Part shown: positions 24,247-32,000 of the stretch, piece after piece
Numbering within the stretch: position 1 is the stretch's first letter
Layout of the letters: the number at the start of each line of letters is the position of its first letter
Assembly (NCBI GenBank): GCA_010202845.1
Contig: CP047921.1
Span: forward strand, 180,001 to 212,000
Direction of reading: 5' to 3'
Origin: Candidatus Saccharibacteria bacterium oral taxon 488
Lineage (GTDB): Bacteria; Patescibacteriota; Saccharimonadia; Saccharimonadales; Saccharimonadaceae
Length of the DNA: 32,000 nucleotides
The notes under the pieces: model-generated
Seen by the model: only the letters and a program-made list of their open reading frames with translations
What the model was told of the DNA's origin: nothing
The model's database searches: none
Made by a program: the position numbers and the translations under genes

Positions 24247-24932
24247 AGAGCGACACACCGACTCATATAGGATTTATCGTTGATGGCAATCGTCGCTGGG
24301 CAAGACAGCATGGGCTGCCGGCCTATGAGGGACATTTGGCGGGATACAATAGTCTGAAGGATGTGCTACTAGAGACGTTGCGCCGTGGCGTCAAGTATGC
24401 CAGCGCGTATGTGTTCAGTACAGAAAATTGGAAGCGCTCCGAGGAGGAGGTCGGGCATTTGATGGGTCTGCTACTCAAGGTGCTGGAGTCGGACGTGCCA
24501 ATATTTTTGGAGCATAATGTGCGGATGCGGGTGATTGGTTCACGCGAGGGGCTGTCAGAGACCTTACGAAAAGCGATTGAGCGAGCCGAGGAGCGAACGC
24601 GGAATTTGACGGGTGGCGAGCTGCTTTTGTGCCTCAATTACGGCGGACATTTGGAAATTGCCGACGCGGTTAAAAAAATTGTTCAGTCGGGCGTGGCGGC
24701 CGAAGCCGTGACGCCAGAACTGATCGCTCAGAACTTATATGCGCCAGAAGTACCGCCGTGTGACCTTATTGTGCGAACAAGCGGCGAACAGCGATTGAGT
24801 AATTTCATGCTGTGGCGGGCGGCATATAGCGAGCTAATGTTCATCGAGAAAAACTGGCCAGACATGACAACAAAAGATGTGGAGTTCATTCTGGACGAGT
24901 ACAAAAAACGTAATCGGCGCTTTGGAGGGTAA
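24243..24932 (+). CDS. uppS: undecaprenyl diphosphate synthase (cis-prenyltransferase)
   Basis: HIGFIVDGNRRWAR, RTSGEQRLSNFMLWRAAYSEL. ATGA overlap with the upstream stop. Confidence 0.95.
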   Translation: MKSDTPTHIGFIVDGNRRWARQHGLPAYEGHLAGYNSLKDVLLETLRRGVKYASAYVFSTENWKRSEEEVGHLMGLLLKVLESDVPIFLEHNVRMRVIGSREGLSETLRKAIERAEERTRNLTGGELLLCLNYGGHLEIADAVKKIVQSGVAAEAVTPELIAQNLYAPEVPPCDLIVRTSGEQRLSNFMLWRAAYSELMFIEKNWPDMTTKDVEFILDEYKKRNRRFGG

Positions 24933-24934
24933 TA

Positions 24935-26101
24935 ATGGTGTTCATTGGAATTTTGGTTGGGCTGATCATACTGGTTTTATTGGTAGTGGTGCATGAATTG
25001 GGTCACGCGATCGTGGCGCGGCGTAATGGTGTGGTGGTTGAGGAATTCGGTATCGGCTTCCCACCGGCTGCAAAAAAATGGCGGCCTAAAAAGAGCTTTC
25101 TCGGCAAGAATGTGGTGTTTAGTCTAAACTGGCTGCCGCTCGGCGGGTTCGTCAAGCTGAAGGGTGAATACGATTCGGCCGAGGGCGCGGGGACGTATGG
25201 CGGCGCTACCTTTTGGGTAAAGACCAAGATTTTGCTAGCTGGCGTGATGATGAATTGGCTGACGGCCGTCGTGCTGTTCATGATATTGGCGCTCGTGGGG
25301 ATGCCAAAAATTTTACCACAGCAAGTGGTGCTGCCGTTTGATTCACGAGTGGAACGTTCGGCGCTAACGGTGGCACGAGTGACGCCAGGTTCGCCGGCAG
25401 AGAAGGTTGGCCTCCAGCGTGGCGATGAGGTGCGAACGATCGGCGACCACGGTGTAAAAACGCCAGCGGAGCTGTCGGCAGCCACGAAGGCGCAGGCTGG
25501 CCGCGAGGTGACGATTGAGCTGGTGCGTAGTGGTCAGACGCTCACCAAGCAGGTCAAATTGCAAACTGCCGACCAAGCAAAAAATGGTGGTTACCTCGGC
25601 GTCGGCCCGCAACAGACGGAAACGATTCACAGTACCTGGTCGGCGCCAATCGCAGCAGTGGTGACCACGGGGCAGTTGACGTATGAGACAGTGGCGGGCG
25701 TTGGCTCGATCCTCATAAAAACGATCAACGGGACGATCGGGCAATTATTTGGTTCGTCAGAATCTCGCCAGGCGGCCAAGGCTGATCTGGCGGCGGTTGG
25801 TGAAAGTGTGGCCGGTCCGGTTGGCATCCTGGGTGTGCTGTTTCCGTCAGTGCTCAGCTCTGGTCTGACGCAGATTTTATTGCTGGCGGCGATCATTTCG
25901 TTGACGCTAGCGGTGATGAATGTACTGCCAATTCCGGCACTAGACGGCGGGCGGTGGTTTACGATGGCGGGCTTTAAATTATTCAAGAAGAAATTAACTA
26001 AAGAGCGCGAGGAAACGATTCAAGGCATCGGTTTTTTGGTGCTAATGGCGCTGACGGTTTTAGTGACATGGAGTGACATCACGAAGGTATTAAGGGGATA
26101 A
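24935..26101 (+). CDS. rseP: RIP site-2 metalloprotease RseP/RasP (M50) with PDZ
   Basis: HELGHA zinc motif, PDZ (GSPAEKVGLQRGDEV), NVLPIPALDGG. Confidence 0.92.
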   Translation: MVFIGILVGLIILVLLVVVHELGHAIVARRNGVVVEEFGIGFPPAAKKWRPKKSFLGKNVVFSLNWLPLGGFVKLKGEYDSAEGAGTYGGATFWVKTKILLAGVMMNWLTAVVLFMILALVGMPKILPQQVVLPFDSRVERSALTVARVTPGSPAEKVGLQRGDEVRTIGDHGVKTPAELSAATKAQAGREVTIELVRSGQTLTKQVKLQTADQAKNGGYLGVGPQQTETIHSTWSAPIAAVVTTGQLTYETVAGVGSILIKTINGTIGQLFGSSESRQAAKADLAAVGESVAGPVGILGVLFPSVLSSGLTQILLLAAIISLTLAVMNVLPIPALDGGRWFTMAGFKLFKKKLTKEREETIQGIGFLVLMALTVLVTWSDITKVLRG

Positions 26102-26104
26102 AAT

Positions 26105-26938
26105 ATGAGAAAGCTCGCGAGAAGTGAAAAAACCCAGTCGACAAAGGGGCGGCTGAATAAAAATAATTGGTGGTTGCTCATCGCGCTGCCAGTGTGGACG
26201 TATGCGGCGTTTTGGATGGCGCAGTTAATTGTGCTTGGCCTAGTGTGGGTATTGCATCGGGTCGGCGTGCCGCTTGGTTCGGTGAATGAGGTGCTGCTGA
26301 ACGCGACGGGCTCGGTCGTTGTGTATGTACTGGCGGTGACCTTGGTGGTGGGCCTGCCGTTTTATGTCCGTCGCCGCCGGACGACGCTGAAAGAAATGGG
26401 AGTGACCGATTGGCCGTCGTGGTGGGACGTGGTGATTACACCGGCGGCCTTTATTGTATACACGATTTGTTCAGCGGTGTTTTTAACAGTGGTGACTAAA
26501 CTGATAGCAATTGATATTCACCAGCCACAAGCACTGCCATTCTCGCAGTCAATGCTCGGTACCCAGTGGCAATATATCGCGGCATTTATGACGATAGCGG
26601 TGTTGGCGCCAGTGGCGGAGGAGCTACTCTTTCGCGGTTATTTGTATGGTAAATTACGGCGGACGGCACCAGTTTGGATGGCGGTTTTGATCACCAGCCT
26701 GACGTTTGGGGCAGCGCATTTGTGGGGAGGCAGCGGGTCGCTGCAGTGGGCGGTCGCGGCAGACACCTTTGTGCTGAGTATTGTGATGAGCCTAGCGCGG
26801 GAGTATACCGGCGCAATTTGGGTGCCGGTTCTGATGCATATCGCGAAAAACAGCATTGCCTTTTATGCGCTATACGTTAATCCAAACCTTTTAGAGCAAC
26901 TAAAGTCGGCGCTGCTGCCGCTTATCGGAGGAATGTAA
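26105..26938 (+). CDS. CPBP (CAAX/Abi) family intramembrane protease
   Basis: APVAEELLFRGYLYG, FGAAHL, LMHIAKN. Multi-TM protein. Confidence 0.85.
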   Translation: MRKLARSEKTQSTKGRLNKNNWWLLIALPVWTYAAFWMAQLIVLGLVWVLHRVGVPLGSVNEVLLNATGSVVVYVLAVTLVVGLPFYVRRRRTTLKEMGVTDWPSWWDVVITPAAFIVYTICSAVFLTVVTKLIAIDIHQPQALPFSQSMLGTQWQYIAAFMTIAVLAPVAEELLFRGYLYGKLRRTAPVWMAVLITSLTFGAAHLWGGSGSLQWAVAADTFVLSIVMSLAREYTGAIWVPVLMHIAKNSIAFYALYVNPNLLEQLKSALLPLIGGM

Positions 26939-26939
26939 G

Positions 26940-28190
26940 ATGCGAATGAGTCAACTATTTACCAAAACGGCCAAGACCGCGCCGGCGGACGAAGTCTCGA
27001 AAAATGCCCAGCTCCTCATCCGGGCGGGATTTGTGTATAAGGTGATGGCTGGGGTCTATGCGTATACACCGCTGGGGCTGCGTGTGCTGGAAAACATCAA
27101 ACAAATTGTCCGTGAGGAGATGAATGCGATTGGTGGCCAGGAGTTGATCATGACGAATTTGCAGCGCCGCGAGACCTGGGAGGCGACTGGTCGCTGGAGT
27201 GATGAAGTGGTCGATGTATGGTTTAAAACTCGCTTGCAAGACGATACTGAGCTGGGGTTGGCCTGGAGCCACGAAGAAGCGATTATGGAAATGATGCAGC
27301 AATATGTTAAAAGCTATAAGGATCTACCGGTTAGCGTGTATCAGTTTCAGACCAAGCTGCGCAATGAACTCCGATCAAAGAGCGGTATTATGCGTGGCCG
27401 TGAATTTGTCATGAAGGACATGTACAGCCTGCACGCCACACAGCAGGACATGGATCAGTATTATGAGCGGGTTATCGAGGCGTATAAGCGCTGCTATGCG
27501 CGGTTTGGCATTGGTGATAGCACATTTGTGACGTTTGCTGGCGGTGGGGCGTTTACTAAGTTTAGTCACGAGTTTCAGACAATATGTGAAGCGGGTGAGG
27601 ATACACTGTACGTCAATGCTGACCAGACGGTAGCTGTCAACGAAGAAGTGCTAGATGATGCTACTAAGGAATTGGGTATCAGTAGAGATGATCTACTACC
27701 AGTTGTCAGTGCGGAGGTGGGTAATATCTTTAAATTTGGTACTGAAAAAGCTGAGCAGATGGGTATCATGTACACCGGTGAAGATGGCAAGCAGCATCCG
27801 ATTTACCTTGCAAGCTACGGCATTGGTATCACGCGGGTGATGGGTGTGATTGCCGAAAAAATGTCGGATGATAAGGGGTTGGTCTGGCCGGAGAATATCG
27901 CACCGTTCAAGGTTCATGTGGTGGCGATTGGTGATAAGGGTCAGGAGCTAGCGAGTACATTATATACCGAGCTGGCGGAAAAGAACGTGGCAGTGTTGCT
28001 GGACGATCGGGCCGAGCGGCCAGGCGTCAAGTTCGCCGATGCGGAGTTGATGGGTCTGCCGTGGCGGATTACGATTGGTGAGCGAGCGATTGATGGCGAT
28101 GGACTATTTGAGCTGACCGAGCGGGCGACTGGCGAGACGAAGAAGTTGGATTATCAGCAGCTGCTTAGGTTTTGTTTGGAGCGCGGGTGA
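26940..28190 (+). CDS. proS: prolyl-tRNA synthetase, bacterial-type but lacking the INS editing domain (416 aa)
   Basis: MSQLFTKTAKTAPADEVSKNAQLLIRAGF. Motif 2 FQTKLRNELRSKSGIMRGREFVMKDMYS. SHEFQ...GED. EVGNIFKFG. ASYGIGITR. Confidence 0.92.
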   Translation: MRMSQLFTKTAKTAPADEVSKNAQLLIRAGFVYKVMAGVYAYTPLGLRVLENIKQIVREEMNAIGGQELIMTNLQRRETWEATGRWSDEVVDVWFKTRLQDDTELGLAWSHEEAIMEMMQQYVKSYKDLPVSVYQFQTKLRNELRSKSGIMRGREFVMKDMYSLHATQQDMDQYYERVIEAYKRCYARFGIGDSTFVTFAGGGAFTKFSHEFQTICEAGEDTLYVNADQTVAVNEEVLDDATKELGISRDDLLPVVSAEVGNIFKFGTEKAEQMGIMYTGEDGKQHPIYLASYGIGITRVMGVIAEKMSDDKGLVWPENIAPFKVHVVAIGDKGQELASTLYTELAEKNVAVLLDDRAERPGVKFADAELMGLPWRITIGERAIDGDGLFELTERATGETKKLDYQQLLRFCLERG

Positions 28191-28247
28191 TCACATTGTC
28201 TGATATGTGCGACGGAGGCCAGATTGCACCAGGGGCTCCGTCATGTA

Positions 28248-28276
28248 TTGACATGGTTTGGGGTGATTGCTATACT
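28248..28276 (+). promoter_or_regulatory. greA promoter
   Basis: TTGACA (28248-28253), 17-nt spacer, TATACT (28271-28276). An ~88-nt leader follows. Confidence 0.6.
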
Positions 28277-28364
28277 CGTAGAGACTTAAATAACCATATG
28301 GATAAGCGCTATATATAGCACTTTTTGTTTTTGTAGACGCTATATATGGAGTGAGGAGAGTAAC

Positions 28365-28820
28365 ATGAATAAGGTATATCAGATTACCGAGAGTGGCCAG
28401 CGTGAACTAGAACGAGAGCTGGAGGAGCTAAAGAGTCAGCGCGGTGAGATCGCTGATAAAATCGCGGCGGCGCGGGATTTTGGCGACTTGAGTGAGAATG
28501 CAGAGTACGATGCGGCGCGTGAGGCTCAAGGACTGCTAGAAACGCGCATCACTGAGATCGAAACAATTTTGCAGAATGCGAGCATCATCCGGGCTGGCAG
28601 CGGTTCAACAGTGGCACTGGGTAGTACGGTAGAACTGGAGGCGAATGGTAAGGCAGTGGTTTATACCGTCGTTGGGCCGGTCGAGGCGGATCCGCTAGAA
28701 GGGAAGGTCTCGAATGAGTCGCCGATTGGTCAGGCGCTGATGGGCAAGGCGGTTGGTGATACGGTAACGATCAGTACGCCAAAAGGCGAGTTGGCGTATA
28801 CGGTCGTGGCGCTGCGGTAG
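28365..28820 (+). CDS. greA: transcription elongation factor GreA
   Basis: RELEELK...ARDFGDLSENAEYDAAREAQ (acidic coiled-coil tip) plus a C-terminal FKBP-like domain. SD GAGGAG. Confidence 0.93.
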   Translation: MNKVYQITESGQRELERELEELKSQRGEIADKIAAARDFGDLSENAEYDAAREAQGLLETRITEIETILQNASIIRAGSGSTVALGSTVELEANGKAVVYTVVGPVEADPLEGKVSNESPIGQALMGKAVGDTVTISTPKGELAYTVVALR

Positions 28821-28853
28821 GATCTTGAGGTGGTATTTGCGACAGTTTGTTAC

Positions 28854-29270
28854 TTAAAATACGTTGCGAAAGATGCAATATAGTATGCGCGACAGTGTAT
28901 GTTGCTTTCTAAATATGTGCTGCCTCGTCGTTTTTTCTAATTTATTCTGCACAGCTTGACGTGCTTGCTGTCGTACTTCTTCCAGCGTCAGTCGCTGAGA
29001 CCCACTTCCAGATAACTGGTTGAGAATGATGTCATCTTCTACTGGCAGGTTCTGTTGATTAAACTGCTCCATGATCGTTTTTGCCGGTGCAGCATCAGTT
29101 TTTGGATGGTAAAAGTTGTGTATCGCGAGAGTTACTCGGCCGAGACACCTTTGCATTTCTTTAGAAAGCTCACCGGGTTCAAGCTCCAATTCCTTGAGCG
29201 CATCCTCGAGAGCGTATGCTTCCTCTGGATATTTTTCACGGAGTAAATCAGCTACATTAACCACGCTCAT
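28854..29270 (-). CDS. hypothetical protein (orphan D, 138 aa)
   Basis: Only sizeable ORF between greA and the DUF2207 gene. No SD and no clear promoter found. No motif recognised. Confidence 0.5.
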   Translation of the reverse strand: MSVVNVADLLREKYPEEAYALEDALKELELEPGELSKEMQRCLGRVTLAIHNFYHPKTDAAPAKTIMEQFNQQNLPVEDDIILNQLSGSGSQRLTLEEVRQQARQAVQNKLEKTTRQHIFRKQHTLSRILYCIFRNVF

Positions 29271-29469
29271 CAGTGTATGGAGTGGATAGGCTGGGGGTTC
29301 CGTCCCGCTCCTTAGTTCTTCTATCCACGAATGAGCATTATGGCAGAGCTCCTTTGCTTGATTACCGTAGGTATACTATCTTTGAACATTGCCCCCTAAT
29401 TATTCAATAGTTATCTAATTTTTGCAATACCTTGAGTTGCAAATATCACTAAGGCAAAGTGCTGTTGAG

Positions 29470-29478
29470 TGATATAAT
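29470..29478 (+). promoter_or_regulatory. extended -10 TGATATAAT, 7 nt upstream of ATG 29486 (leaderless-type)
   Basis: TGATATAATatagcatATG. Confidence 0.5.
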
Positions 29479-29485
29479 ATAGCAT

Positions 29486-31225
29486 ATGAGACGATTTTTC
29501 TTTGGGATAGTCGCGGTGATTGTGCTGTTGGTTGGGTTCGGGTCAACGGCACAGGCGGCAAATAATTTTACGATTAGTAAGTATACTGTCGACATGGAAC
29601 TGGGGCGCGATAGTGAACAGCGTTCGACACTGCGTACTAAATTGACCATTACTGCAGATTTTCCGCCGCGGCAGAATCATGGCATTGCACCGGTGTTCGT
29701 CAAGCAGTATGATAAGCATCCGACTCACTTTACGCTGGAGTCAGTGACGGATGAGCGAGGTGCGCCGCTGGAGTATAGGTGGCATAATGATGAGCTGAGA
29801 ATTGGCAATAAAGACACCTACGTCAAGGGCAAAAAGACCTATGTCATTACCTATACGCAGCGGGACGTGACGAAATCATATCACGATACGGGTAAACAGG
29901 AGTTTTATTGGGATGCGATCGGCACTGCTTGGCAGGTGCCAATTCAGTCAGCATCGGTGACGCTCAAGCTGAGTCCCGAGCTGGTGGCTGCTAAACGAAC
30001 GAACCTCCAGTGTTATCAGGGTCGGTTTGGTAGTAATCAGCGCTGTGAGGTGCGTGAACAGGGTGATACGTTGACGGCAACAGCCCGCGCACTGCCAAAT
30101 CAGGCGGGCGTGACGATCGCGGTCGGATTTGCACCGGGGACATTTGCGGCGTATCAGATGTCATTCATGGAACAGCTGATTGATTGGTGGGCGAAATTAC
30201 AATTGGTGTTGCTGGCGGTGGCGCTGATATTGGTGGGGGTGATCATCGTGGCTTATTATCGGTCGATTGGTCGCCGTAAAGAACTGGAGCCAATTCCGCC
30301 AGAGTATTTGCCACCGCGAGGTACGAGCGTGACGACGTCGGCCAAGCTGGTGCAGCCGTTTCATATGGTCAAGGGGTCGGTGATGGCGGCACAAATGATA
30401 GACCTGGCGGTGCGCCACTACATTCAGGTTATTGAGGTGAAGCCGCGTACGACATGGCGAACAGCCGAGTACGAAGTGAAAGTGATACAAGCTCCGGGCA
30501 AACTCCTGGCCGAGGAGCAAGAAATGCTGAGGAATATATTTGGCTCCTTGCCGAGAGTTGGTAAGCGGTTAAATCTAAAAACGCTGCGTAACAATGCGCC
30601 ATACGCAGCGCGAGTACGCTACAGCGCAAAGCAAATGAAAGGGCGGCTCATTGACGACTATGGTTTGCAAGCGCGCGAGCCGCAGCATACCCGACGATTT
30701 CGACGGTACGCGATAATTATCAGTATTTTTGCGGTGCTGTTGTTGTCGCCGGTGCTCTTGGTGTTGGCGGGGATGGTGTTTTATCTGTCGTTTGGTAAGG
30801 TGCTGACCGACAAGGGTCTGGCGCTCAGGCGGTATCTGGCGGGCCTGAAAAGGTATATTGGCGTGGCTGAGGTCGAGCGTTTGCAGATGCTGCAGAGTCC
30901 AGAGGGCGCGGAAAAAGTAAAGGTTGACGCGGCTGATGAGAAACAGCTGGTGAAATTGTACGAGCGGGTACTGCCGTACGCGGTGTTGTTTGGACAGGAA
31001 AAAGAGTGGAGTGCGCAGCTGGGCAAGTACTATGAGCAGGTCGGCGAGCAACCGGATTGGTACAGTGGCCAAGGTGCGTTTAATGCGGCAGTATTTTCGG
31101 CAGGAATGAGTAGTTTGTCGAGTACGGCCGTAAGCGTCAGCTCCTTTGAATCCTCGACGGGTGGCTCAACTGGCGGCGGCTTCGCTGGTGGCGGCGGAGG
31201 TGGCGGCGGAGGCGGCGGCTGGTAA
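29486..31225 (+). CDS. DUF2207-like membrane protein with C-terminal poly-glycine tail
   Basis: Signal peptide (AQA|AN). N-terminal beta-rich domain starting FTISKYTVDMEL...NHGI. Central and C-terminal TM helices. Tail GGSTGGGFAG11W. Confidence 0.8.
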   Translation: MRRFFFGIVAVIVLLVGFGSTAQAANNFTISKYTVDMELGRDSEQRSTLRTKLTITADFPPRQNHGIAPVFVKQYDKHPTHFTLESVTDERGAPLEYRWHNDELRIGNKDTYVKGKKTYVITYTQRDVTKSYHDTGKQEFYWDAIGTAWQVPIQSASVTLKLSPELVAAKRTNLQCYQGRFGSNQRCEVREQGDTLTATARALPNQAGVTIAVGFAPGTFAAYQMSFMEQLIDWWAKLQLVLLAVALILVGVIIVAYYRSIGRRKELEPIPPEYLPPRGTSVTTSAKLVQPFHMVKGSVMAAQMIDLAVRHYIQVIEVKPRTTWRTAEYEVKVIQAPGKLLAEEQEMLRNIFGSLPRVGKRLNLKTLRNNAPYAARVRYSAKQMKGRLIDDYGLQAREPQHTRRFRRYAIIISIFAVLLLSPVLLVLAGMVFYLSFGKVLTDKGLALRRYLAGLKRYIGVAEVERLQMLQSPEGAEKVKVDAADEKQLVKLYERVLPYAVLFGQEKEWSAQLGKYYEQVGEQPDWYSGQGAFNAAVFSAGMSSLSSTAVSVSSFESSTGGSTGGGFAGGGGGGGGGGGW

Positions 31226-31227
31226 CC

Positions 31228-32000
31228 GTGTCTGATGTTTTATTATTGGCGATGGCGGCGGTGCTGCTGGTGCTGTCGGGGTCGTTTTCAGGTCTTAATA
31301 TTGGGTTGATGATGGCACGGCCGGATGATTTGCGGCGTAAGGCCCGGCAGGGCGACGCAATCGCTGCACGAGTCTACCGCTACCGCAAAGACGGCTATTA
31401 CCTGATTTTTTGTATCTTGCTGGGTAATGTTGGCGTCAATACGGCAATGTCAATTCTACTGGGCAATATGACGAACGGCGTGATTGGCGGGTTGATTGCC
31501 ACGTTGCTGATTACGATGTTTGGCGAGATTTTACCGCAGGCGATTTTTACTCAGCGCGGCTATCGTTTTGTGCGGCATTTCTTTTGGCTACTGGATGTGA
31601 TTTATGTGCTATTTTGGCCGCTGGCCCGGCCGATGTCTAAGCTGCTCAATCGCTGGGTAGGCAAGGAAGCACCGCAGCTGTACTCACACCAAGAGCTAGA
31701 GCAGATTATTCACGAACATGCTGAGCGGTCGGATAGCCCGGTTGACTATGACGAAAGTCGGATCGCGGCGGGAGCGCTGCAATTTAGTAAAAAGACGGCT
31801 GGTGATTTGGTAACGCCGATGGATGAGGTATTTACCGTGGATCTGGATGATGAACTGGACGCCACGCTACTAGCGCAGATTAAACACGCTGGACATTCGC
31901 GGATCCCGGTGCGTGATGATGAGCGGCTGGTGGGGATTTTATATATCAAGGATGTGGCGGGGCGCGAGCTGCCGCTGCCAGTCAGTCAACTGTATCGAGA
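31228..32000 (+). CDS. DUF21 (CNNM) + CBS-pair membrane protein, hemolysin C/CorC-like; 3' end beyond the window
   Basis: Not in the ORF track because no stop is reached. The frame is open from GTG 31228 to the window end. DUF21 pattern (LSGSFSGLNIGLM, GEILPQAIF), followed by the start of the CBS region (TAGDLVTPMDEVFTVD...GHSRIPV). Confidence 0.8.
   Translation, partial: MSDVLLLAMAAVLLVLSGSFSGLNIGLMMARPDDLRRKARQGDAIAARVYRYRKDGYYLIFCILLGNVGVNTAMSILLGNMTNGVIGGLIATLLITMFGEILPQAIFTQRGYRFVRHFFWLLDVIYVLFWPLARPMSKLLNRWVGKEAPQLYSHQELEQIIHEHAERSDSPVDYDESRIAAGALQFSKKTAGDLVTPMDEVFTVDLDDELDATLLAQIKHAGHSRIPVRDDERLVGILYIKDVAGRELPLPVSQLYR

Noticed and set aside
28211-28242. Possible proS terminator hairpin GACGGAG...CTCCGTC.
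   Set aside because: It has only a 7-bp stem with an 18-nt loop and no T-tract, which is too weak to call.
29171-29190. GGGTTCAAGCTCC, resembling a tRNA T-arm.
   Set aside because: It lies inside the orphan D ORF, with no matching acceptor or anticodon arms nearby.
29321-29338. Minus-strand mini-ORF MLIRG* with a good SD (AAAGGAG) upstream of orphan D.
   Set aside because: It is only 5 codons long, with no conservation information. It could be chance, so it is not reported as a feature.

Overview
Gene-dense chromosomal window with about 30 CDS on both strands and several 1-4 nt start/stop overlaps. I found no rRNA, tRNA, CRISPR, transposase or integrase. Most content is housekeeping: ileS (3' part), rplU, parA-parB, lepB, prmC, prfA, rpmE, rpsB-tsf, recF, frr, a polyprenyl synthase, uppS, rseP, proS and greA. 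There is also a monoderm-type envelope set: an LCP ligase, HtrA, a CPBP protease, a galU-like nucleotidyltransferase and a 1284-aa LADTG-anchored multi-repeat surface protein. Membrane proteins of unknown function include a Tim44-like/DUF3137-like fusion, a DUF2207-like protein, an 8-9 TM protein and a DUF21-CBS protein. The rpsB...proS block follows the Bacillus-type gene order but lacks pyrH, cdsA and dxr. Together with the compactness and the Gram-positive-type wall genes, this fits a reduced-genome lineage such as Saccharibacteria/Patescibacteria; that is inference only and cannot be verified here. Five things stand out. (1) The giant modular adhesin-like protein is built from two different two-module super-repeats. 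(2) A recurrent TATAAT-N6-9-start-codon layout implies leaderless mRNAs for about nine genes. (3) Four unrecognisable, codon-atypical orphan genes are wedged into otherwise conserved operons, and one splits prfA-prmC. Three of the four have a recognisable -35/-10 promoter of their own; two of these promoters are near-identical, and one carries an (AG)7 tract in its spacer. (4) A nucleotidyltransferase-like domain is fused to the polyprenyl synthase upstream of uppS. (5) The L31 protein has a Lys/Ala-rich tail. I do not see a self-evident multi-gene novel system (defence, secretion etc.); the candidates above are single genes or regulatory patterns.
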